Part shown: piece after piece, positions 17,682-25,062 of the stretch
Layout of the letters: every line of letters starts with the position of its first letter
Numbering within the stretch: position 1 is the stretch's first letter
Origin: Methanomassiliicoccaceae archaeon
GTDB lineage: Archaea; Thermoplasmatota; Thermoplasmata; Methanomassiliicoccales; UBA472
Assembly: GCA_963827135.1 (NCBI GenBank)
Contig: CAWGZX010000005.1
Coordinates: forward strand, 456,176 to 520,175
DNA: 64,000 nt
Direction of reading: 5' to 3'
The notes under the pieces: model-generated
Seen by the model: only the letters and a program-made list of their open reading frames with translations
What the model was told of the DNA's origin: nothing
The model's database searches: none
Made by a program: the position numbers and the translations under genes

Positions 17682-20324
17682 ATGCTTAGAAGTACAGCTA
17701 AAATTATCAGCATAGCAATTGTGCTAGCAATGATGCTGGGAGCGTTCGCCGTCGTAGCGCCGGCCTTGAGCGCACCTGTTGCACCGTCGGTATCGGATGA
17801 GGCGAAATTCGTCGACCCTGAACCGATGGATGCAGGAACAACTGCAAGGGACCAGACATTGGACTATAGTTCTTTGGTGCAGGGCCTTGAGGCCGTAAAC
17901 GGCAACGCCTTGGCAGCTCCTGGAAATATCTATGAAAACGGTTCGATTGCCAGATATTATGTGGGCACCTATGGTGCATGGCATTTCAACGACACGAACC
18001 CAAGCAACTACATGCTTTTCCAGAAGAGAGCCGAGACCACGAATTGCGAACTCTGGACCGCAACGGACCTGAGTTACCCCGCCGGGGATGCGCGCAACGA
18101 CTTTACGAGCCGGGTGACCATCAGCGAGGCCCAGGCTCAGTATATGGTCAACCACTTCGAGTCGGTCATCTATCCCAACATGACCGCTTTCTTCGGGGCA
18201 CCACCTCAGATTGACGGGGAGAACTCGATCTTCAACGCTGGGGGCCAGCCCTACTTCGGTACCAATGTGACCGGAAGGGTCATGATCATGGTCTTCAACA
18301 TCGTAGACGAATCTTTCTGGGATTCGACATACCCAAGCTATATCGCTGGGTACTACTCTTCGAGCATGGATTCAGCCTATGACAGGAACATAATCCATGC
18401 GGACTGCTGGGATTGGGAGAACCGGACAACTGGCACGTCCGCCAGGCCATGGGTTTATGAGTCGACTGTAGCTCACGAGTATCAGCACCTGTTGAACAAC
18501 TTCTTCAACCCGGAGCAGATATCTTTCGTGAATGAGGGTTGCTCCATGTACGCGGAGATTCTCTGCGGATATGGAATGGACGACACCTACATCAACCACT
18601 TCTTCTACACCCCGGACCTATCCTTGGTCGACTGGCAACAGCAGGGTGGAATCAACGGCCTTGCTCCATATGGTGCGGCTGGCATGTTTGCGACCTACCT
18701 CGCCGATCACTTCGGTCCTGAGATGATACAGGCCATGGTGCACAGCGAGGGCACAGTGGGTATCGACACTGTCAACTTCGCTCTCGACCAGGTCGGGGCG
18801 ACGGGTTGGGACTTCAATAAGGTCTTCAACTACTGGCGCTTGGCGAATCTGATCCTTAGCGACACACCAGGGAACGGATGGTTCAATTACAAATCCATCG
18901 ATCCCGCCTCTACCTCGATGGGCGGACCTAGGATCAACGCCTGGTCGCCAACTGATGACCAGGTCGTTCTGTCTGGCGGCATGTACTTCGGAACCACTGA
19001 TACCATGGATGGGTATACCACTGGCATCCGCAACCTTGGAGCCTATGGAACGGACTACATCTATGTCCAGGGTTCTGGAGAGTGGTCATCTGGCTTTGAC
19101 CCAGATGAGCTGAAGTTCACGTTCGCGGGTCAGCCCGAGAGCCTAAAGGGATGGCAGATAGCCGAGGTCCCCATGGGCGTAGGCGACGTGATCTGGAGCG
19201 ATGACCTCTCTATGCCGTTCGATTGGTCTGCGGCTTCCGCCGGCATTGCTGGTGGCGGACCGTGGCAGTGGATAAACGTCGGCGGAGGCAATTACGTCCT
19301 ATGGGCTCAAGGATTCACTGGAGGACCAGCAGGACCTCAGAATGAGAGGTTGTACCTCCCGAACCTTGACCTATGGGACTACACCAGGGCCACTCTTTCC
19401 TTCGACTTGGACTATGCTATGGGAAGCCCGTACGACTATGCCTATCTGGCCTACTCCATAAATGGTGGAACCTACAAGGCGATCGCGTACTGGGGAGCGT
19501 ATGGAGAGGGTGACTTCGATGGGAGGGCCAACGTAGACGTATCCGACCTGACCGGCTTCGACGTGTCATTCAGGATCAGCTTCATAACTTATGGCGGTGC
19601 GATCGCATCCCATATGATTGTGGACAACTTTGCCGTGAACGACATCACGACCACGACCGGATGGTGGTCCGACAAGGGCGACCAGGTTGATTACAGCCTT
19701 TACACCGACCTCGATCTAACAGGAATGGAGTCTGCGGTTCTTACCCTGGACACCGCCTGGGACATTGAGTCTTTATGGGACTTCGGTTTCGTTCAGGTGT
19801 CATCGGACGGCGGAGAGAACTGGACCTCGGTAGCCAATGAGTACACGACCACAGAGTCCGACCCATCTGCAATGGGAACCATCGTTGAGCAACTCCCTGG
19901 TATCACCGGGAACTCCGGAGGTTATGTCTCAGCCAGTTGGGATCTTAGCGAATGGGCCGGACAGATGGTCAAGGTCAGGCTAAGGTACATGACCGATTGG
20001 GGCACAAGCCTCGGTGGCTGGTATTTGAAGGGCGCCGATCTTAACGGAGAGGCGATCGCTATGGACGCTTGGGTATCAGATATCCCGGCTCAGCCCAACC
20101 AGTGGTTGGTCACGCTCTACTTCCCAGGAGCCATGGGCCTAGATAGCCATGTGTACATGCTGCCCATTATGACAGCCCTAACCCTGGATCAGACGACCCA
20201 GATGGTGATCAGGACCCTTACAAGCTTCACCGAGTACCCAGAATTCTACATATTAGTCAGCCCGACCGTCAGCAATTCTGACTATATGTTTGGAATCGGT
20301 AACGCATGGATTATGGGACCGTAA
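17682..20324 (+). CDS. secreted zinc metallopeptidase (HExxH, peptidase-MA-like) with large C-terminal beta-rich region
   Basis: Signal peptide MLRSTAKIISIAIVLAMMLGAFAVVAPALSAP. Metal site AHEYQHLL...(18 aa)...NEGCSMYAE (HExxH plus downstream E, gluzincin style). Asp-box-like SSDGGENW. 880 aa. Confidence 0.6.
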   Translation: MLRSTAKIISIAIVLAMMLGAFAVVAPALSAPVAPSVSDEAKFVDPEPMDAGTTARDQTLDYSSLVQGLEAVNGNALAAPGNIYENGSIARYYVGTYGAWHFNDTNPSNYMLFQKRAETTNCELWTATDLSYPAGDARNDFTSRVTISEAQAQYMVNHFESVIYPNMTAFFGAPPQIDGENSIFNAGGQPYFGTNVTGRVMIMVFNIVDESFWDSTYPSYIAGYYSSSMDSAYDRNIIHADCWDWENRTTGTSARPWVYESTVAHEYQHLLNNFFNPEQISFVNEGCSMYAEILCGYGMDDTYINHFFYTPDLSLVDWQQQGGINGLAPYGAAGMFATYLADHFGPEMIQAMVHSEGTVGIDTVNFALDQVGATGWDFNKVFNYWRLANLILSDTPGNGWFNYKSIDPASTSMGGPRINAWSPTDDQVVLSGGMYFGTTDTMDGYTTGIRNLGAYGTDYIYVQGSGEWSSGFDPDELKFTFAGQPESLKGWQIAEVPMGVGDVIWSDDLSMPFDWSAASAGIAGGGPWQWINVGGGNYVLWAQGFTGGPAGPQNERLYLPNLDLWDYTRATLSFDLDYAMGSPYDYAYLAYSINGGTYKAIAYWGAYGEGDFDGRANVDVSDLTGFDVSFRISFITYGGAIASHMIVDNFAVNDITTTTGWWSDKGDQVDYSLYTDLDLTGMESAVLTLDTAWDIESLWDFGFVQVSSDGGENWTSVANEYTTTESDPSAMGTIVEQLPGITGNSGGYVSASWDLSEWAGQMVKVRLRYMTDWGTSLGGWYLKGADLNGEAIAMDAWVSDIPAQPNQWLVTLYFPGAMGLDSHVYMLPIMTALTLDQTTQMVIRTLTSFTEYPEFYILVSPTVSNSDYMFGIGNAWIMGP

Positions 20325-20329
20325 AGCAA

Positions 20330-20362
20330 ACATTTTCCTTTTCATTTTCTTTTTTTTCTACT
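20330..20362 (+). terminator. oligo-T archaeal terminator region after the metallopeptidase gene
   Basis: CATTTTCCTTTTCATTTTCTTTTTTTTCTAC lies immediately after the stop at 20324. Confidence 0.4.
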
Positions 20363-20376
20363 TGCTTCAGGCCTAC

Positions 20377-20386
20377 ATTTTAATAT
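20377..20386 (+). promoter_or_regulatory. TATA box for tRNA-Val
   Basis: ATTTTAATAT is centred about 27 nt upstream of the tRNA 5' end (20408). Confidence 0.4.
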
Positions 20387-20407
20387 GAACTAGGGTCTCA
20401 GGGGAAC

Positions 20408-20515
20408 GGGCTCATGGTCTAGCGGTCATGAGGTCGCCTGGAATCACCAGGCATCCTGGCAAACAACGCCCTTACACGGCGTAGATCGCCGGTTCGAATC
20501 CGGCTGAGCCCACCA
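20408..20515 (+). tRNA. tRNA-Val (anticodon UAC) with a 32-nt intron in the D-stem (after nt 23), CCA encoded
   Basis: Hand-folded. After removing 20431-20462: acceptor GGGCUCA/UGAGCCC; D stem GUCU/UGAC (U13-U22 mismatch); anticodon arm ACGCC-CUUACAC-GGCGU; T arm GCCGG-UUCGAAU-CCGGC; A73 + CCA. 76 nt mature. Confidence 0.85.
20431..20462 (+). other. non-canonical tRNA intron (position 23/24) with BHB-like motif
   Basis: Central helix GUCA (20425-28) / UGGC (20457-60) with one G-U. 3-nt bulges UGA (20429-31) and AAA (20461-63). Inner helix GG/CC plus GCCUGG/CCAGGC with loop AAUCA. The outer helix is weak. Confidence 0.6.
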
Positions 20516-20612
20516 TACATTTTCCATGGTTCTATTGAGCTACCGTCTACGACCCACCATTAGGGCAAAATTCTTGAGGGCCCCTGCCTTACCCTGAGAA
20601 GGGTCGTTCCAA

Positions 20613-21815
20613 ATGATCGATTTTCGTCCTTTCCATGGCTTGCTACCTTCGGTCGAGGGGCAAGACCGCATCGAAGACAGGGTGTCGCCGCCTTACGATG
20701 TTATAAGCGAGGCCCAGTTGGCCGTCCTCAAGTCCAACCCGTTCAATATCACGAAGATAACCCTTGGTGGGGACGAGAACGGCTATTCCAATGCCGCCAG
20801 GATGCTACAGGCCTGGATCGACTCTGGGAAGCTCAGAACGGACGAAGATGATTGCTATTATGTTATGAGGCAGGAGTTCGTCCATTCGGGAAAGAGGTTA
20901 GTTAGAACTGGGATAATGGGCGCTCTTGGCCTACAAGGCTACGAAGCGGGCAACATCTCACCCCATGAGGAGACGTTCCCCAAGGTGAAAGAGGACAGGC
21001 TAAATCTGCTCAAGGCGACCGAGGCACATCTCGAGTCCATCTTCTGCCTCTACGACCATTTGGATCCAAAGGCCTTTGATGCGATTACTAAGAGGGCGAC
21101 CAAACTCTTCGAGGTCGTAGAGGACTCTGGAACGAAGCATACCCTATCCAGGGTCTCGGACCCTGAGGCCGTCAAGACCGTCAAATCGGAGCTTGGAAAG
21201 AAGAAGTTGCTCATCGCGGATGGACATCACCGTTACGAGACCGCGCTTCGCTACTCCTTGGAGCACCCCCAAGACCCTAAGAAGGGCTATGTCCTAGCCA
21301 CGTTGGTGGCGGGGAACGACCCAGGTCTGGTGGTGCTGCCTACCCATCGCATCTTCAAAGGGATCCAGATCAACACAGAGGAGTTCCTATTCCACGCATC
21401 CAAGTTCTTCGCCATCTGGGAGATGCTGAGCATGGAGGAGATGGCTCGGATGCTGTCGATGAACAGTCGGGTGAGCCTCGGAATAATCATGGCAGATGGC
21501 CGGAAATTCGTTTTCGAACTGGCCTGGAAGCCAACCGATGACCCGTTGTGGTCTGTGGACGCCTACATATGCGAGGAGCTGTTGCTGAAGAAGATATTGC
21601 AGAAGAAGGGCGAAGTGGCCATCGAATACGATCATGATGTCGCCTCTACGGAGCAGAAGCTGAAGGAGGGGGGCGGGGTCTTGGCCGTTATCCTCTCGCC
21701 GCCGAAGCTTGATGCCATTTGGAAGGTGGCGAGCGAGGGCGAGAAGATGCCTAAGAAATCGACCTACTTCTATCCCAAGGTCTGGTCTGGCTTCGTTGCC
21801 TACCTAATGAGATAG
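20613..21815 (+). CDS. DUF1015 family protein
   Basis: 400 aa with FRPFHGL, SPPYDVIS and IADGHHRYETAL hallmark motifs. Confidence 0.8.
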   Translation: MIDFRPFHGLLPSVEGQDRIEDRVSPPYDVISEAQLAVLKSNPFNITKITLGGDENGYSNAARMLQAWIDSGKLRTDEDDCYYVMRQEFVHSGKRLVRTGIMGALGLQGYEAGNISPHEETFPKVKEDRLNLLKATEAHLESIFCLYDHLDPKAFDAITKRATKLFEVVEDSGTKHTLSRVSDPEAVKTVKSELGKKKLLIADGHHRYETALRYSLEHPQDPKKGYVLATLVAGNDPGLVVLPTHRIFKGIQINTEEFLFHASKFFAIWEMLSMEEMARMLSMNSRVSLGIIMADGRKFVFELAWKPTDDPLWSVDAYICEELLLKKILQKKGEVAIEYDHDVASTEQKLKEGGGVLAVILSPPKLDAIWKVASEGEKMPKKSTYFYPKVWSGFVAYLMR

Positions 21816-21820
21816 AGGTC

Positions 21821-22717
21821 TCAAGATACCTTGCAGGTGTCCGTGAGCCCGACGAGTTCCACGAACCGGGATGGGTTCTTCTCGAATGCTTCCATGCACT
21901 CCTTGGAGTCGAAGTAGTACTTCTTCCCTTCGTAATCCCAAGAGTATTTCGCGCTACCAGGTGTCAGCTCTGCCCCACACACCGGGTCCATAATGGTGCG
22001 CCGAGCCTTGGAAACCATAACCCTCGCCCCCATCTCGAAGCAGTGTATGATCTCATCAGCCCCAAGCTTTCTCAGGACCTCCAGGTTGCGCATGTCCTCC
22101 ACCTCGGAGACGATGTAGATATTAGGATTGGCGCGCTTGGCTGCGATCACCACCATGATGTTTGTGGGGTCGTGCATGGTTAGTACCATGGCCTTGGCTT
22201 CATTGATATTGGCTCTTTGCAGTGTGTCCTGGTCTGTGGCTTCGCCCGAGATGACCTGAACGCCGCTGTCCACGAGGTAGGTGACCCTTGCAGGCTCCCT
22301 CTCCACGATCACGAACTTCTCCCCCTTCTCCTTCAATTGCTCGACGATCTGTTGCCCTAAGTTGCCAAAGCCGCACAATATGATGTGGTCCTTCATCCTA
22401 GTCCTCCTCGATGGTAGGCCTAATTCCTCCCTCAGGTCCTGGGATAGCACGTGATTGAAAATGCTTTGCAATGAGGTGATTAAAGCCGTGAATCCTAGCA
22501 CGACGACGAAGACCGCTAGGGCCTGGCTTGCCATCGTCGTGGGATAAACATCTCCATAGCCCACCGTGAAGATGGTGATGATGGTGAAGTAGAAGGCCTC
22601 CCAGGGCGTGTCTACCGTCGGCTCGATAAGTAGGAAGCCGATCGTGCCGATGATTGGCACGGTTCCTATCAAGATCAAAGAGGTCAAGAACCACTTCTGC
22701 CTTCGGCGCAATTTCAT
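21821..22717 (-). CDS. potassium channel (2TM pore, TVGYGD) with RCK/TrkA-N domain and C-terminal YHS domain
   Basis: Selectivity filter TIFTVGYGDVYP. Rossmann-type IILCGFGNLGQQIVEQL. C-terminal DPVCGAELTPGSAKYSWDYEGKKYYFDSKECMEAFEKNPSRF. Confidence 0.8.
   Translation of the reverse strand: MKLRRRQKWFLTSLILIGTVPIIGTIGFLLIEPTVDTPWEAFYFTIITIFTVGYGDVYPTTMASQALAVFVVVLGFTALITSLQSIFNHVLSQDLREELGLPSRRTRMKDHIILCGFGNLGQQIVEQLKEKGEKFVIVEREPARVTYLVDSGVQVISGEATDQDTLQRANINEAKAMVLTMHDPTNIMVVIAAKRANPNIYIVSEVEDMRNLEVLRKLGADEIIHCFEMGARVMVSKARRTIMDPVCGAELTPGSAKYSWDYEGKKYYFDSKECMEAFEKNPSRFVELVGLTDTCKVS
21863..21988 (-). other. YHS (TRASH-like) metal-binding domain at the channel C-terminus
   Basis: DPVCG...YYFDSKEC..F..NP pattern characteristic of YHS domains. 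Confidence 0.6.
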
Positions 22718-22818
22718 TATTATCTCTCTTCGATGGAGACAATGCCTAGGCGATTATTTCAACTTGATTTCATTTTCGCATGAATAATTCGTTGGGCAAT
22801 GACAATTGAAAAGTGAAA

Positions 22819-22917
22819 TGGAGCCACTGGAGGGAATCGAACCCTCGACCTACGCCTTACCAAGGCGTCGCTATTTAGAGACGCGCTATGAACGCGTTAC
22901 CTCTAAGCCACAGTGGC
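22819..22917 (-). tRNA. tRNA-Thr (anticodon GGU) with a 24-nt intron in the D-loop (20/21), CCA encoded
   Basis: Hand-folded. After removing 22875-22898: acceptor GCCACUG/CAGUGGC; D stem GCUU/UAGC; anticodon arm ACGCC-UUGGUAA-GGCGU; T arm GAGGG-UUCGAUU-CCCUC; U73 + CCA. 75 nt mature. Confidence 0.85.
22875..22898 (-). other. non-canonical tRNA intron (position 20/21) with canonical hBHBh' motif
   Basis: 5'-GCUU AGAG [GU|A] ACGCG UUCAUAG CGCGU CUCU [AA|A] UAGC-3'. This gives a 4-bp central helix, two 3-nt bulges on opposite strands, a 5-bp inner helix, and an outer helix formed by the D stem. Confidence 0.7.
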
Positions 22918-22942
22918 GTCTGCCCCTCGAACAGGCTTTTCC

Positions 22943-22950
22943 TTGATAAA
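22943..22950 (-). promoter_or_regulatory. TATA box for tRNA-Thr
   Basis: The minus strand reads TTTATCAA, centred about 29 nt upstream of the tRNA 5' end (22917). Confidence 0.4.
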
Positions 22951-22986
22951 GGTTTCGCGGAGGCTTGGCCATAAGTATTTTTCCCG

Positions 22987-24927
22987 ATGGCCCTTTCCCG
23001 TTCGTTGATGAAGAAAGAGATGAGCGCTTTCGATGTGCTCCGCGTGGTCAAGGAGATGCAGGAGCTGGTCGGAGGCTACCTAGACAAGGTCTTTCATTGG
23101 GACCGGAGGAACGTCCTCCTCAGGGCGAACGTCCCCAGCTTAGGAAGACGTGAGGTCGTGCTCATCGACCAGAACTTTCTCTATCTATCGAAGGACCGAC
23201 CCGAGGTCCCCGATACGCCCTCACAATTCGCCGTGCACCTACGAAAGCTCCTCTCCAACGCCAGGATCACTGGTATCAGGCAACACGAGTTCGACCGTGT
23301 GGTGGTGATCGAGCTTCTGAGGGATGAGGCATATCAGATCATAATCGAGCTTTTCGGGGAGGGCAATCTGCTCCTGGTGTCGGAAGGCAGGATCGTGAAC
23401 TGCCTGGTCTCAAAGACCTGGAAGCACAGGGATGTGAGGCCGGGCGCCTCCTACGAATTCCCGCCCGCGCGCTTCAACCCCCGGGTTCAGGGGCCGGAAG
23501 CCTTCGAGAAGGCAATCCGATCCTCGAAGTCGGACCTGGTGCGCACGTTGGCAACCTCTATCAACATGGGAGGCCAGTACGCCGAGGAGGTATGCATCAG
23601 GGCGGGAGTGGACAAGTCGGCGAAGGCGATCTCGATCGACCCCGACTCCCTCTCGAAATTGATCCTGGCGGCCCTCTCCATCATGGAGGAGGCGTCCTCC
23701 AACACCAGCTCGTATGCCTACAAGGAGGCCAATGGGGAGGTGTTGGACGTCTCGCCGGTCGAACTTCACCAGTACGCGGGGAAGGAGAAGGTCTGCCTCC
23801 CCTCCTTCTCGGAGGGCATGCAGTTCTATCTCGAGAACCGGAGGACGAGGGAGAGGGAGGCTGCGGTGAACCCGGAGGTACAACGCCTTTCCAGGCAACT
23901 GGCCCAGCTCAAGGAGGCGGAGGGGACCTCCAACGCGGAGGCGGACGCACTCGTCAGGCAAGCGGAGGCAATCTACGCCAACTATCAGCCGACCAGCTCC
24001 GCCCTATCCGACGTAAAGGCCCTGGCCGAGGGCAGGGACTGGGAGGAGCTCAAGATCTTAGCTAAAGAGGATCCTCGCCTGCGCTCCGTGGACCCCAAGA
24101 GGAGGATCATGGGGCTGGTCTTGGGCGAGCTGGTGGTGGAGATCGATTACACTAAGGGCGTGGAGGAGAACGCCAGCCTCATCTATGCCAAGGCCAGGGA
24201 GGCCAAGGACAAGGCCAACCGCTCGCACGAGCTGATCATAGAGACCGAGGCCAAGATCGCCGAGCTCAAGCGCAAGGACGCGATCGAGGCGCAGAGCATT
24301 GAGGCCGAGACCAAGCCGACCAAGAAGTTCTGGTTCGAGGCTTACAAGTGGTTCATCGCCAGCGGCGGGCATTTGGTGCTGGCGGGGAGGGACGCCCGGA
24401 CCAATGATCAGGTGGTGAAGAAGCACCTGACTTCCGTTGACCGTTATGCGCATGCGGACGTGCATGGCGCGCCCAGCGTGATCATCAAGGACGGCTCCAC
24501 CGCCACCGAGCAAGAGCTGGCCGAGGCCACCGTCTTCGCTCTGGCGCACTCCAAGGCTTGGAACGCTGGCATAAGGGAGGGCAGCGCCTATTGGGTGCTC
24601 CCGGACCAGGTCTCCAAGACCCCGGATGCGGGGGAGTTCGTTCCGCGCGGGGCGTTCATCATCCGGGGGAAGCGCAACTACGTCCACCACATCCAGCTGC
24701 AACTTGCCATCGGGGAGATCGAGCACCAGGGCGCACGGAAGGTCATGTGCGGGCCAAAGGAGGCCGTGGTCGCCCTGTCCAAGAGGTACGTGGTAATAGC
24801 ACCGGGGGATGCAGGCAGGAGCAAGGTCTCCTCCACCTTGGCCAAGGAGCTCAACGTGCCCGAGGAGGAGATTTCCCGCATCCTACCACCTGGGAACGTC
24901 GAGATCAAAGAGCGCGTCAATCTCTGA
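22987..24927 (+). CDS. NFACT-family ribosome quality-control protein (Rqc2/RqcH homolog; FbpA-N + DUF814)
   Basis: N-terminal MSAFDVLRVVKEMQELVGGYLDKVF, a coiled-coil middle, and a DUF814 core (YAHADVHGAPSVIIKDG). The true start may be the ATG at 23008 (MKKEM), about 26-37 nt downstream of ATAAGTATTTTT. Confidence 0.8.
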   Translation: MALSRSLMKKEMSAFDVLRVVKEMQELVGGYLDKVFHWDRRNVLLRANVPSLGRREVVLIDQNFLYLSKDRPEVPDTPSQFAVHLRKLLSNARITGIRQHEFDRVVVIELLRDEAYQIIIELFGEGNLLLVSEGRIVNCLVSKTWKHRDVRPGASYEFPPARFNPRVQGPEAFEKAIRSSKSDLVRTLATSINMGGQYAEEVCIRAGVDKSAKAISIDPDSLSKLILAALSIMEEASSNTSSYAYKEANGEVLDVSPVELHQYAGKEKVCLPSFSEGMQFYLENRRTREREAAVNPEVQRLSRQLAQLKEAEGTSNAEADALVRQAEAIYANYQPTSSALSDVKALAEGRDWEELKILAKEDPRLRSVDPKRRIMGLVLGELVVEIDYTKGVEENASLIYAKAREAKDKANRSHELIIETEAKIAELKRKDAIEAQSIEAETKPTKKFWFEAYKWFIASGGHLVLAGRDARTNDQVVKKHLTSVDRYAHADVHGAPSVIIKDGSTATEQELAEATVFALAHSKAWNAGIREGSAYWVLPDQVSKTPDAGEFVPRGAFIIRGKRNYVHHIQLQLAIGEIEHQGARKVMCGPKEAVVALSKRYVVIAPGDAGRSKVSSTLAKELNVPEEEISRILPPGNVEIKERVNL

Positions 24928-24942
24928 GATTGGAAAAGGGAG

Positions 24943-25016
24943 CGCCCGAGCCGGAATTCGAATCCGGGTCTGCAGGTCCGCAGCCTGCTAGGATATCCAA
25001 GCTACCCCACTCGGGC
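24943..25016 (-). tRNA. tRNA-Arg (anticodon GCG), no intron, CCA not encoded
   Basis: Hand-folded: acceptor GCCCGAG/CUCGGGC; anticodon arm GCAGG-CUGCGGA-CCUGC; T arm CCGGA-UUCGAAU-UCCGG; discriminator G followed by CU, not CCA. Confidence 0.9.
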
Positions 25017-25062
25017 AAGACGAAACACCCTCAAGACTCCCCGGTTCTTATAGTTAACCACA

